Assembly (NCBI GenBank): GCA_945860895.1
Contig: CAMASK010000004.1
Span: 11,390 to 75,389 of the forward strand
DNA: 64,000 nt
From: Bacteriovorax stolpii
Lineage (GTDB): Bacteria; Bdellovibrionota; Bacteriovoracia; Bacteriovoracales; Bacteriovoracaceae
Direction: 5' to 3'
Below the pieces are notes generated by a model. That model had not been told where the DNA came from, ran no database searches, and worked only from the letters and a program-made list of their open reading frames with translations. Below, piece after piece: positions 26,143 to 38,659 of the stretch (within the stretch, counting starts at the first letter, position 1; every line of letters begins with the position of its first letter). A program made the position numbers and the translations under genes.

Positions 26143-26172
26143 AAAATTAAGAAGCCCTCTTTCGAGGGCTTC
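26143..26172 (-). terminator. intrinsic terminator after atpE (probably bidirectional, also facing uvrA)
   Basis: GAAGCCCTC-GAAA-GAGGGCTTC hairpin followed by TTAATTTT on the minus strand. Confidence 0.85.
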
Positions 26173-26199
26173 ATCTTGTTACAAAATTTCTTTTAAAAA

Positions 26200-26436
26200 T
26201 TAAGCAAACTTCTGAAGGATAAGGAATGCGATACCAAATCCGAAAAGAACTAGAGACTCGATAAGAGCAAGAGCAAGAATCATCGGAGTCTGAAGCTTAT
26301 CAGCAGCAGCTGGGTTACGAGCGATACCTTCAAGAGCTACAGAAGCAGCTTTACCTTGAGCAAATGTTCCGCCGATTACAGCAGAAGCAAAAGCGATACA
26401 TGCAGAAAGCACAACCCATGAATTAACGTGTTCCAT
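26200..26436 (-). CDS. atpE: ATP synthase F0 subunit c
   Basis: Two TM helices, ARNP loop, LIES ion-binding Glu. Confidence 0.95.
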   Translation of the reverse strand: MEHVNSWVVLSACIAFASAVIGGTFAQGKAASVALEGIARNPAAADKLQTPMILALALIESLVLFGFGIAFLILQKFA

Positions 26437-26469
26437 TTAAATTTTCCCTTGTTAGAAAGTTTGATCTTC

Positions 26470-27240
26470 TTAGTGGTGTGACTCATGCTCACCATGATCG
26501 TGGTGTGCAGTGGCCATTCCAATATAGATCATTGTTAATAGTGTAAATACGAAAGCTTGTAAAAAACTTACGAAAAGACCCATTCCATAAAAAGGAATTG
26601 GAACTAAGTAGGGAACCAGATCAGAGAAAATTCCTAAGATCAAATGGTCACCGTCCATGTTTCCGCGAAGACGAAGTGCCAGTGAAAGTGGTCTTACTGA
26701 AATAGAGATAATTTCGATTGGAAAAATAAGAAGAGCAAGTGCTGGCATTGGACCTGCAAAATGCTTTAAGTAATTAACGATCCCAACAGCTTTTATACCC
26801 TGATAGTTAAAATATAAGAATGTGAAAATACCAAGAGCAAGTGTTGTATTTAAATTTTGGTTGGGAGACATTGATCCAGGAAAAACCCCAAGGATGTTGT
26901 TAATCAAGATGAAGCAGAAAACGAAGATTACATATGAGAAGTAGCGTTTGGCACTTTCTTCACCCATAACAGACTTGGCAGTGTCATACATAGCCTGACC
27001 CAAAGACTCTACAATATTTCTAAGTGAGATACCTTTATCTGGGATTGTTGCATTTTTAAGACCAGAAACTTTTGCACGATAGAATAAACCAACAACCAAA
27101 AACATGATTGAACCGAAGATTAATGCAAGTGTATGAGCTGGAAGGTGAGTCGCGTGTGAGGCATTAGTGAAGAAATTATAGCCACCGCTCGCCCAAACTG
27201 AATTGGTGAAAAGTAATGCAATTAAATACAAGTATTTCAT
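26470..27240 (-). CDS. atpB: ATP synthase F0 subunit a
   Basis: NNILGVFPG, PIEIIS, RPLSLALRL, LQAFVFTLLTMIYI. Confidence 0.95.
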   Translation of the reverse strand: MKYLYLIALLFTNSVWASGGYNFFTNASHATHLPAHTLALIFGSIMFLVVGLFYRAKVSGLKNATIPDKGISLRNIVESLGQAMYDTAKSVMGEESAKRYFSYVIFVFCFILINNILGVFPGSMSPNQNLNTTLALGIFTFLYFNYQGIKAVGIVNYLKHFAGPMPALALLIFPIEIISISVRPLSLALRLRGNMDGDHLILGIFSDLVPYLVPIPFYGMGLFVSFLQAFVFTLLTMIYIGMATAHHDHGEHESHH

Positions 27241-27257
27241 GGATTTCCTGGCAAAAT

Positions 27258-27623
27258 TTAATAATTGTTTTTAATACTAACAACCTGAATTATCAATTGG
27301 AAAATCATGAGAATAAGGACTTTCAGAGTTAATTCTTGCTTATAAAAATAGATTGAGGCAACTATAATAACCAGCAGCATCATTTTGGCAAACATGAGGA
27401 AAAAAGTCTTACGTAACGCGCGCTTCGCATTATCCCCATTTAGAGTCATAGATCTCATAGCTTCAGATATAAGTCTCAATAAGGTAGCATGGTTGAGAAT
27501 TAAAACTATCAGGACAGCAATCAAGGCGAGACTGTCTTTAGGATCACCACCCGCCAAAACGACTGCTGAAATCACGTTTAAGGATGAAAACATCAAGAAT
27601 TTTTTAGTTATTTTTTTTTCCAT
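27258..27623 (-). CDS. atpI: AtpI-like membrane protein
   Basis: Four hydrophobic segments, directly upstream of atpB. Confidence 0.6.
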   Translation of the reverse strand: MEKKITKKFLMFSSLNVISAVVLAGGDPKDSLALIAVLIVLILNHATLLRLISEAMRSMTLNGDNAKRALRKTFFLMFAKMMLLVIIVASIYFYKQELTLKVLILMIFQLIIQVVSIKNNY

Positions 27624-27796
27624 GAGACCATAATCATTTTAATTAATATTGAACTAACCACTAAAAGCAAAATTATCTGCGCCCAACCCTGACTCACGTA
27701 ACCAAGTTTTACAAGCTCTTGAAATAAAAAAAATATTCCAATGATCGTAGAGGGTAAACCGAGGGCCAGTGCTAAGGCTTTTTGCCAGCTTTTCAT
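27608..27796 (-). CDS. AtpZ/AtpI-family small membrane protein
   Basis: 62 aa, two TM helices (ALALALGLPSTIIGIFFL; WAQIILLLVV); position of atpZ upstream of atpI-atpB. Confidence 0.6.
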   Translation of the reverse strand: MKSWQKALALALGLPSTIIGIFFLFQELVKLGYVSQGWAQIILLLVVSSILIKMIMVSWKKK

Positions 27797-27835
27797 TCAA
27801 TTTTATCCAAGTAGTTTAGACTTAAGATAATGAAC

Positions 27836-28654
27836 TTATCTCTTTCTGGCAACACGACGATCAAATAAGGATTTAAGACGCGCCCGTAAAACATCCGGGT
27901 TCGGATAGGTGGGAAGTAATGAGTAATAAATATTATAAGCTTCTTTTAATTTCTCGTTGGATTCGTAGGCATTGGCGATAAGAAATTTCACCTTGGTGAT
28001 TTGATCACGACGGCGCTCTCGTTTTAGATATTCCATCCAAAATTCAACGGCCTTATCCCAGTTCTTGTTATAAAACTCGATCAAACCCATTTGATTATAA
28101 GCTTCAACGTAATAGGGATTAGTCGGTTGGCTGATAATCTGATTAAAAATCTCCCGTGCTTTATTATATTTTCCCATCTCAAAATAAGATTCACCTACAC
28201 GGAGAAAATAATAATCGTAATTTTTTAATCGAGGTTTAACTTCCATCAGAATTTCATAAGCATGAATAGCATCAGTAAAGTTTTTAGCAAAACTAAAATT
28301 AATATCAGCTATTTTCTCGAGGGATTTTACCTGCCAGAGAGGATCATCCACATTATCCACAATAAATTGATAATACTTCAAAGCCTTAACCTGCTCATCC
28401 AGATACAGATAATAAATTTCTGCTAGCTGATAGTTAATTTTGGTCTTGATAATTTTAGAGGGATTTTTTTTGAGGACGCGCTCGTATAGCTCTACTGCTT
28501 TTGCAAATTCTTGTCGGTCCACATTCTTTTGAGCAGAGAGAATGTCTTGATTAAGTCCTGAGGTAAAGTCACATGAACTTAACCCCAGGAGCATTAAAAA
28601 AATTAAATTACTGAACAGGAGTTTCAGAAGATTCACCACCTTCAGTTTCTTCAT
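27836..28654 (-). CDS. TPR-repeat lipoprotein (BamD/CpoB-like), start uncertain
   Basis: Lipobox LGLSSC; about six TPR repeats. Candidate starts (28675, 28654) overlap the gyrA 3' end. Confidence 0.8.
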   Translation of the reverse strand: MKKLKVVNLLKLLFSNLIFLMLLGLSSCDFTSGLNQDILSAQKNVDRQEFAKAVELYERVLKKNPSKIIKTKINYQLAEIYYLYLDEQVKALKYYQFIVDNVDDPLWQVKSLEKIADINFSFAKNFTDAIHAYEILMEVKPRLKNYDYYFLRVGESYFEMGKYNKAREIFNQIISQPTNPYYVEAYNQMGLIEFYNKNWDKAVEFWMEYLKRERRRDQITKVKFLIANAYESNEKLKEAYNIYYSLLPTYPNPDVLRARLKSLFDRRVARKR

Positions 28655-31094
28655 CAGGATCAATGATCTTCTCAACGGCTACAACTTTTTCATCTGGTTT
28701 CACATTAATCAAGCGAACACCTTGAGTGTTACGACCAAGTAATGAAATTCCAGAAATTTTAGTTCTGATAACCTGACCTTTGTCCGTAATAATCATAAGG
28801 TCATCTTTATCTGTCACAGGAAGAATACCCATAATCTCACCTGTTTTCTCAGTGAGCTTCATCGCGAGGATACCTTTACCACCACGAGACTGCTTGCGGT
28901 ATTCTTCAGCAGCTGAACGCTTACCATAACCACGAGAAGTTACAGTTAGAATTTCAGATTTGTCATCGATCACTTCCATACCGATAACTTCTTCACCTTC
29001 TTGGAGACTCATACCTTTCACACCTTGAGAGACACGTCCTTGAGGACGACAATCGTCTTCAAAGAATCTGATCGACTTACCACCTGAAGAAGCGAGGAGA
29101 ACGTCTTTCTTACCGTCAGTGATTCTAACAGCAAGAACAGCATCACCATCAACAACCTTGATAGCTTTCAATCCGTTTTGGCGCATATTTTTGTATTCAG
29201 AAAGTTCAGATTTTTTCACGATACCGTGTTTAGTAGCGAAGATTAGGAATGAGCCTTCAGCTTCTTTAGGAACAGTGATGATCTCTTGAACTTTTTCATC
29301 GGAAGGAACATTAATGATGTTCACGACGTTTCTTCCCTTAGAAGTTCTGAGACCTTCAGGAATCTGGTAAACCTTAATCGAGAACACAGTTCCTTTATCA
29401 GTGAAAATCATCAACGTATCGTGAGTATCGGCCGTAAAAATTGATGTGTAGAAATCTTCATCAAGATCCGCACCTTTCACGCCTTTACCGCCACGTTTTT
29501 GTGAACGATAAGTATCGATCGCCATACGCTTCAAGTAACCTTTCTGCGTAATCGTCACGATCACTTCTTCATTTTTAATCAAATCTTCCATCTGAATTTC
29601 ATCAGCTTGAGCAATGATTTCAGTTCTACGAACATCACCATAGTTTTCACGTATTTCAGTGAATTCATTACGAATTATGTCTTTGATTTCTTCTTCTGAA
29701 CCGAGAATAGATTCTAAGCGGAAGATTTCTTTCATGATGGCTTCGTAGTCAGCAATGATCTTATCTCTCTCGAGACCCGTAAGTCTTTGGAGACGCATAT
29801 CGAGAATGGCTTGGGCCTGGATCGGAGACAGAGTAAATCTGTGCATCAACTGATCTTTCGCCTGAGCTGGACCTTCTGCTTTTTTTACAAGTTCTACAAT
29901 CTCATCAATATTTTCGACGGCAATTTTCAGACCTTCTAAAATATGAGCTCGCTCTTTTGCTTTTTTAAGTTCGTAAGTTGTACGACGGATAACGATCTCA
30001 CGACGGTGCTCAATGAAGCACTGAAGTTGTTCTTTAAGATTCATAACTTTCGGCTGACCGTTATAAATCGAAAGGAAGATGATACCGAAGGACACTTGCA
30101 TCTGAGTCTGTTTGTATAAACGGTTAAGTAATACAGAAGCAGATTCTCCACGCTTAACATCGATGACAACACGGATACCTTCACGAGAAGATTCATCGCG
30201 GATATCTGAGATACCTTCGATTGCTTTCTCACGAACTAAATCCGCAATTTTTTCAATCAAACGGGCTTTGTTAACTTGATACGGTATTTCAGTGATGACG
30301 ATTTTTTCTCGATCATTCTTTCCAACTTCAATATCGGCTTTAGCACGAATTTGAATTACACCACGACCAGTATGGTAAGCAGATTGAATACCAGCTGTTC
30401 CATGAATTGCCCCGTAAGTAGGAAAGTCTGGACCAGGAATAAGCTTAATTAAATCATGGATGGTAACTTTATCATCATCGATCAGCACCAATAATCCGTT
30501 CATCACTTCAGTTAAGTTGTGAGGAGGAATATTTGTTGCCATACCAACGGCAATACCCGAAGAACCGTTAATTAAAAGATTTGGAATTTTTGTGGGAAGA
30601 ACAGTTGGCTCTTGTAATGAACCATCATAGTTATCCTGCCAATCAACCGTTTCTTTATCGATGTCACCCATCATATCGTTGGTGAGTTTCATCATACGAA
30701 CTTCTGTATATCGCATGGCCGCAGCGTTATCTCCATCAATGGAACCAAAGTTTCCTTGACCATCGATGATTGGATATCTCATTGAGAATTCTTGAGCCAA
30801 ACGAACCATAGCTCCGTAAACAGCAGAGTCACCGTGTGGGTGATACTTACCGATAACGTCACCTACCACACGTGCCGATTTTAGATACGGACGGTTGTGG
30901 TAGTTATTAAGCATGTGCATTGCAAACAATACACGTCTATGAACTGGTTTAAATCCATCACGTACATCTGGAAGTGCACGACCCACGATAACTGACATCG
31001 CGTAATCGAGGTAACAGCTTTTCATCTCATCTTGTATTAAAAGAGGAGTGATATTTCCGTGATTATGGTTAGCATTCTTGTTGTCGTCACTCAT
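28608..31094 (-). CDS. gyrA: DNA gyrase subunit A
   Basis: [18 protein letters not shown] catalytic Tyr, GyrA box QKRGGKG, acidic tail. Confidence 0.98.
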   Translation of the reverse strand: MSDDNKNANHNHGNITPLLIQDEMKSCYLDYAMSVIVGRALPDVRDGFKPVHRRVLFAMHMLNNYHNRPYLKSARVVGDVIGKYHPHGDSAVYGAMVRLAQEFSMRYPIIDGQGNFGSIDGDNAAAMRYTEVRMMKLTNDMMGDIDKETVDWQDNYDGSLQEPTVLPTKIPNLLINGSSGIAVGMATNIPPHNLTEVMNGLLVLIDDDKVTIHDLIKLIPGPDFPTYGAIHGTAGIQSAYHTGRGVIQIRAKADIEVGKNDREKIVITEIPYQVNKARLIEKIADLVREKAIEGISDIRDESSREGIRVVIDVKRGESASVLLNRLYKQTQMQVSFGIIFLSIYNGQPKVMNLKEQLQCFIEHRREIVIRRTTYELKKAKERAHILEGLKIAVENIDEIVELVKKAEGPAQAKDQLMHRFTLSPIQAQAILDMRLQRLTGLERDKIIADYEAIMKEIFRLESILGSEEEIKDIIRNEFTEIRENYGDVRRTEIIAQADEIQMEDLIKNEEVIVTITQKGYLKRMAIDTYRSQKRGGKGVKGADLDEDFYTSIFTADTHDTLMIFTDKGTVFSIKVYQIPEGLRTSKGRNVVNIINVPSDEKVQEIITVPKEAEGSFLIFATKHGIVKKSELSEYKNMRQNGLKAIKVVDGDAVLAVRITDGKKDVLLASSGGKSIRFFEDDCRPQGRVSQGVKGMSLQEGEEVIGMEVIDDKSEILTVTSRGYGKRSAAEEYRKQSRGGKGILAMKLTEKTGEIMGILPVTDKDDLMIITDKGQVIRTKISGISLLGRNTQGVRLINVKPDEKVVAVEKIIDPDEETEGGESSETPVQ

Positions 31095-31111
31095 AAATCT
31101 GATCCTTCAAA

Positions 31112-33559
<2,448 letters not shown>

Positions 33560-33580
33560 TCAGATGCTCCAATCCATGGT

Positions 33581-34672
33581 TTAAGTAAGTTTTCCATGTT
33601 CAATAAAAAACTTTTTTGATTCAGGTATACGTTCAAGTTCCTTCCTAAAGCTTTCATTGGCCGTAGTGATCAAAACTTGGAATTTTTTGGTTTCCAAATA
33701 TGAGATCAAATTTTTCCATCTCTGGCTATCCAATTCGCCAGAAACGTCGTCGATAAGTACGATAGGATAAGAGGTAAATTTATACCTAAAAAGCTCAATA
33801 TAGGCAAATATAAGGCTTAGAAACGCCATTTTTTGTTGGCCTAGCGAACAGAATTCAAACGCATTGAGTCCATCAAAACTAAAAATGAAGTCATCTCGGT
33901 GAACCCCTACCCGTGTCAGCTGCGCTTTTATATCACTCATTTCCTGATGACGATAAAAGTCAAATATCTTTGTCGCATCCCAATGAACAAACATGCTGTC
34001 TAAATCTAGTTCTAGCTTATGATCTTCTGAAAAAACCGCCTTAAAAGTAGGCGTAATGTGCTGATTGAGCTCATTTAAAAAATTTTCTCGTCTAGCTGTT
34101 AAAAAACTGGAGTATTCAGCTACTTGTTCATCAATGGCTTGCAACTGGCTGGATGCATTTTTTCCACCCATGCTCAAAATGGAATTCCTGAAGCGGATAG
34201 ATTTTTGAAAACGAGCTAGCACCTGCTTATATTCTTTATCAATTAAAGAAATATGAGAATCAAACCAATGTCTTCGAAAAGTGGAACTAGTATGAAAAGA
34301 GTACGAATCAAAAGGATTTATAAAAACTGAAGTCGATGGTGTCTTAGATTTTTCAAAAACATTATTTAAATACCTTTCTTCCAGCTCGTCAGTCATCCGT
34401 AGAGAATAAGCGACTTGATCATCATCTTTTTCAAAGACTGATTGAATAATCATTTCAGGACTTGCACCTTCAATGTTGATCATTTGTGAATAACTTGTAT
34501 TTTTACGGAAGGATTTTTTATTTGTGAGAAGATAAACGGCTTCTAAGAGATTAGTTTTTCCATTTCCGTTCTGCCCGAAGATACAATTTATTCCAGCTGA
34601 AAAATCAAAAACATCTTTTCCTAGATTTCTGAAATTTTGGACCTGTAATTTTTTAACTTTCCAACAATTCAT
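33581..34672 (-). CDS. recF: DNA replication/repair protein RecF
   Basis: GQNGNGKTNLLEA, CSLGQQK, LIDDVSGELD; position between dnaN and gyrB. Confidence 0.93.
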   Translation of the reverse strand: MNCWKVKKLQVQNFRNLGKDVFDFSAGINCIFGQNGNGKTNLLEAVYLLTNKKSFRKNTSYSQMINIEGASPEMIIQSVFEKDDDQVAYSLRMTDELEERYLNNVFEKSKTPSTSVFINPFDSYSFHTSSTFRRHWFDSHISLIDKEYKQVLARFQKSIRFRNSILSMGGKNASSQLQAIDEQVAEYSSFLTARRENFLNELNQHITPTFKAVFSEDHKLELDLDSMFVHWDATKIFDFYRHQEMSDIKAQLTRVGVHRDDFIFSFDGLNAFEFCSLGQQKMAFLSLIFAYIELFRYKFTSYPIVLIDDVSGELDSQRWKNLISYLETKKFQVLITTANESFRKELERIPESKKFFIEHGKLT

Positions 34673-34679
34673 CCACAGA

Positions 34680-35792
34680 CTAGAGCTTAAGAGGCATGAT
34701 GATGCCTAAGAACTCTGGAAGATCATCAGCCTTGATAACTACAGGGCTCAATTCATTGTTAAATTCAAAAGTCACATCTGTTTCATTCAAAACAGACAGG
34801 CTTTCAATTAAATATTTTGCATTAAAACCAATCTCAGTAGCTTTGCCATCATAAGCAATTGGCAAAGTCTCATTGGCCTGCCCTAGTGCTGGGTGATTAG
34901 TAGAAATAGTTAAATTACCGGCAGCAATATTTAGTTTAATTCCATTTGTCTTTTCATTAGAAAGGATTTTCACTCTCTTAACAGCATTTAAGATCGAATT
35001 ACGATCGATGAAAAATCGATTAGTTGTCTTCGCTGGAATAACAGTCTGGTATTTTGGATATTCACGAGCAATCAAACGAATCGAAAGATAGTACTCATTT
35101 CGTGCATTAACGAACATGAATGAATCATCTAATGAAATAGCTGCATCATCTTCAGGATATGTTTCTGCAATCTTTTTAAGCTCTGAAATACCCTTACGAG
35201 GAACAATAACACCATCTACCAGATATTTATTTTCTCCGATAAATTCAGGTGTATCGAGAAGTGCCAGACGGTGACCATCAATAGCTACTGATCTAAGTTT
35301 AGAATCAATCATCTGAAGATAAATACCATTTAAGTACAATCTCGTTTCATCAGTAGAAATTGCATGAGAAGTCTTGTTAATGATATGAGCTAGTTGTTTT
35401 GTCTTTAAACGAAATTCTGAACTTTGATTTTGAAAATTTAATTGTGGGAATTCATCTGCACTTGTAACAAGCAAAGAATAATTAATGTTTTTACAATTTA
35501 AATTTAAAAGATTCGAGTTATCAACATTAAATAACAATTCATCGTTTGGTAGTTCTCTTAAAATATCAGCGATGTTTTTGCTGTTTATACAAAAAGATCC
35601 TTCTTTTTCAATTTTAGCATTTAAAATTATTTTAGCTGAAACTTCTAAATCAGTTGCAATCAATTCAAGCTTCTGACCATTAGTTTTTACCAGACAGTTT
35701 GTAAGTATTGGTCTGGAGTTTTTCTTGTCAACTACCGAGAGTACTTTATTAATAGCGTCGCGTAGAGCATGCGCTTGAATTGTAAGTTTCAT
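34680..35792 (-). CDS. dnaN: DNA polymerase III beta sliding clamp
   Basis: ATDLEV, STDETRLYLNG, VAIDGHRLA, IGFNAKYL, IIMPLKL. Confidence 0.98.
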   Translation of the reverse strand: MKLTIQAHALRDAINKVLSVVDKKNSRPILTNCLVKTNGQKLELIATDLEVSAKIILNAKIEKEGSFCINSKNIADILRELPNDELLFNVDNSNLLNLNCKNINYSLLVTSADEFPQLNFQNQSSEFRLKTKQLAHIINKTSHAISTDETRLYLNGIYLQMIDSKLRSVAIDGHRLALLDTPEFIGENKYLVDGVIVPRKGISELKKIAETYPEDDAAISLDDSFMFVNARNEYYLSIRLIAREYPKYQTVIPAKTTNRFFIDRNSILNAVKRVKILSNEKTNGIKLNIAAGNLTISTNHPALGQANETLPIAYDGKATEIGFNAKYLIESLSVLNETDVTFEFNNELSPVVIKADDLPEFLGIIMPLKL

Positions 35793-36330
35793 ATTAAATC
35801 CTTATTAGGTTCAAATGTTTTAACTTTAGCAGCTCGCTTTATCAAGTCTGCCTTTAACCCTATTGAGCATTTCTTTTCCTTTCTTATTATATTCTTTATA
35901 TATTCTTTATATTAATATGCGCGGACAGTGTGGATACATTTCTGATTTTTGAACAATTCATAGGGGTTAGCGAAATTTTATCCCCAATTCATCCATTTTT
36001 TTTTAATAGGTTCCATTTTTTACCAGCGTATATCTTTTTAAATTTTTGATTTAAACGCATTCCATCCACACAATTTCGTTACTTTATCCATCTTGCATAT
36101 TGTTAAGTATTTTTTTTATTTGAACTCACTTAGTCATTTAATAGTTTCTTCCACAACTTTATCCACAATGTTGAAGAAATGACTGTTGATACAATTTAAT
36201 CCACATTTAGTTCTGTTAAATTGTTAAGAGATAAATAAGTAAACCAATTTGAGGCTTCATTTGTCCACATAATGCAGTTTCTATCAACAATGATGGTGAA
36301 TAATATTGGGATTTAAAATTTGAACGGAGA
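35793..36330. other. chromosomal replication origin oriC (dnaA-dnaN intergenic)
   Basis: DnaA-box cluster. Perfect: TTATCCACA 36159-36167. One mismatch: 35929-35937 (reverse), 35978-35986, 36147-36155, 36197-36205, 36261-36269. Two mismatches: 36062, 36084, 36184, 36281. AT-rich DUE-like tract about 35871-35918. Predominant gene orientation diverges around this region. Confidence 0.9.
35889..35910 (+). repeat. perfect tandem 11-mer ATATTCTTTAT x2 in the putative DUE
   Basis: 35889-35899 and 35900-35910 are identical; the tract lies next to GCGCGG and the reverse DnaA box at 35929. Confidence 0.8.
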
Positions 36331-37935
36331 CTAGAGTTGTTTTTCTATATCCAGAACTTGTTGTGCCAACAGCATTTCAACTTTAATCCGATCCCTGATG
36401 GTATTAATAGCATGAAGAACGGTTGAATGGTCACGGCCACCAAAGTAGTGTCCATTTTCTTTTAACGTGGGTTTTATAAGCTTATTTATAAGATACATGG
36501 CAACTTGTCGGGGAAGTGCAACTTCCTTAGTCTTTGCCTTTCCACGTATATCGCCTATAGGAATTTTAAAAAAGGTACTTACTGTCTTTGTTATAGATTC
36601 AATTGTAATGTGCTTTTGATTTTCAAGTTCATCACTTAAATTTAAATGCTCTTTAGCGACTTCAAGATCAATATCAACTTTCAATATAGAAGTGACAGCA
36701 CCTAGCTTAATTAAGCAGCCTTCTAGTTCTCTGATATTACTCTTTACGCATTTTGCGATCAGTGTAACAACCTCGTCACTTAAATATATGTCTTTTTCAA
36801 TTGCTTTCTTTTTAAGAATGGCAATTCTAGTTTCTAAATCCGGCTGTTGAATTTCAACAGGCAAAGCCGATGAAAGGCGAGTACGAATCCTATCTTCAAT
36901 TCCATCAATTTCTTTTGGTGGTTTGTCAGAAGTAAAGACCAGTTGTTTGCCTTTTTCCATGAGTTCATTGAAAATATGGAAAAACTGATCTTGAGTACCA
37001 GTACGATTTTTTAATTCATGAATATCATCAATTATAAGAACGTCTGTTTTTTCCACATATTTTTGTCGAAATTCTGTGAATTTTTGATCCCGGATTGCCT
37101 GGATCATTTCATTCATAAATTTATTGGCCGAAGTCATACAGATACGAATACTTGGTCGAGAATTTTGAATACTGTTTGCAATAGCGTGAACCAAATGGGT
37201 TTTGCCTAAACCTGAATTTCCGTAAACATAGAGAGCAGGGTAAGTTTTTCCCGGATCTTTCGCTACGGCCATTGCTAGAGCATTGGCTATGTTATTAGAT
37301 GGTCCAATAATAAAGTTTGAAAAAGTTTTGTTAGTATCAATTTGCGCCGAAACCGTTGAGGATAGGTGTTCAAGAACCTGAGAATCTACTGCTTTAAAAA
37401 GATCATCTTTGGTTGGAGCTAAATCTTGAATGAAGAAAGTAGAGCTTTTAACAGTTTCTACTTTCTTAGTACTTTTAATAGAATTTAAAATGCTTTCATC
37501 ATTAGAAATCATTGGTTTTGCACTTCCGAGAACCTGAATATCCACTTGATATTCCTTCCCAAGAATTTCCATTAAGGCTTGCTTAATCGTCTCTATATAA
37601 TGAGTCTCCACCATCTTTTTAATAAAGCTGGTAGTGACCACGAATTCTACTGTATTCTGGCTAATTGCCGAAACTGTTAAGGTATTAGCAAAATAAGCAT
37701 GGTATTTATTAGCATTAATTAGGCTTTTAATGTGATCCAAGAGTGCTTCAGTAATTGTCTTCAATTCATCTATTGAAAATTCAGGGGATATTTTTGGAGT
37801 TCCAATGTTCAAAGTCTTTAAAGTTTGCTCAACGATTACTGGGGAAGCCGGTATTTGTGCCTTTCTGTTTGCAGATTGCAGCTCGTTAAGGCTATCTAGT
37901 TTCAAGAAATGATCAAATGGGAACTTTTGTGTCAT
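36331..37935 (-). CDS. dnaA: chromosomal replication initiator DnaA with N-terminal extension
   Basis: YPALYVYGNSGLGKTHL, LIIDDI, RLSSAL, SNIRELEG, RQVAMYL, GGRDHSTVLHA. Confidence 0.98.
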   Translation of the reverse strand: MTQKFPFDHFLKLDSLNELQSANRKAQIPASPVIVEQTLKTLNIGTPKISPEFSIDELKTITEALLDHIKSLINANKYHAYFANTLTVSAISQNTVEFVVTTSFIKKMVETHYIETIKQALMEILGKEYQVDIQVLGSAKPMISNDESILNSIKSTKKVETVKSSTFFIQDLAPTKDDLFKAVDSQVLEHLSSTVSAQIDTNKTFSNFIIGPSNNIANALAMAVAKDPGKTYPALYVYGNSGLGKTHLVHAIANSIQNSRPSIRICMTSANKFMNEMIQAIRDQKFTEFRQKYVEKTDVLIIDDIHELKNRTGTQDQFFHIFNELMEKGKQLVFTSDKPPKEIDGIEDRIRTRLSSALPVEIQQPDLETRIAILKKKAIEKDIYLSDEVVTLIAKCVKSNIRELEGCLIKLGAVTSILKVDIDLEVAKEHLNLSDELENQKHITIESITKTVSTFFKIPIGDIRGKAKTKEVALPRQVAMYLINKLIKPTLKENGHYFGGRDHSTVLHAINTIRDRIKVEMLLAQQVLDIEKQL

Positions 37936-38133
37936 TGATCCTACAAATTTGGTTGAGTTTAATTAAAAAAGTCTGAATGAAGTAACACTCCCCAAATTCA
38001 AATTCAATCTTTGGCCTCTAACAAGACCTTACTCTGACGCTTTGGTTTACAAAAATTATTGACTCCATTTCCTTTTTACCGTAGATAATGATTTCCCAAA
38101 AACATACAAAGTACCTTTTCGAGGAAGAATCAT

Positions 38134-38292
38134 ATGAGTATGCAAAAAAGAACCTGGCAACCAAAGAAAGTTAAGAGACTCCGTGATCACGGCTTCCTTG
38201 CTAGAATGTCTTCAGTTGGCGGTAAAAAAGTAATCGCTCGTCGTCGTGCTAAAGGTCGTAAGAGCCTTTCAGTATCAACTGGCGCTAAGTAA
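38134..38292 (+). CDS. rpmH: 50S ribosomal protein L34 (missing from the ORF track)
   Basis: [52 protein letters not shown]; RBS GAGGAAG. Confidence 0.96.
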   Translation: MSMQKRTWQPKKVKRLRDHGFLARMSSVGGKKVIARRRAKGRKSLSVSTGAK

Positions 38293-38299
38293 GTAATAG

Positions 38300-38659
38300 A
38301 TGACCGAAGAAGCACTTTTCGGCTTACCTAAAACTCTTAAAATTACTAAAAAAAAAGATTTCGAACACCTTCGAGAGCAGAGCCAACGTGGCTTTGCTCA
38401 TCCGTTGGTTTGTTTCTATAAGCCAACTTTAAGCCAATCTGGTTCGGCTCGTTTTGCTTTAAGCGTTTCCCGTAAAATAGGTAAGTCTCACGATCGTAAC
38501 CGCTACAAGCGTCTTTTAAAGGAAGCTTTTCGCTTACATCCTAAAATTCGCAAACAACCCTTAGATATGATGTTCGTGATTATTAAGACTCCTGATAGTG
38601 AGGAACAGCTTTTAAACGCCTTTTCTAAGGTGTCCAATTATCTTTGCAGTGCGAAATGA
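38300..38659 (+). CDS. rnpA: ribonuclease P protein component
   Basis: [25 protein letters not shown] (RNR motif); rpmH-rnpA synteny. Confidence 0.93.
   Translation: MTEEALFGLPKTLKITKKKDFEHLREQSQRGFAHPLVCFYKPTLSQSGSARFALSVSRKIGKSHDRNRYKRLLKEAFRLHPKIRKQPLDMMFVIIKTPDSEEQLLNAFSKVSNYLCSAK

Noticed and set aside
38059-38089. sigma70 promoter for rpmH (TTGACT ... GATAAT)
   Set aside because: Good -35, but the best -10 needs a 19-nt spacer; too weak to list as a feature.
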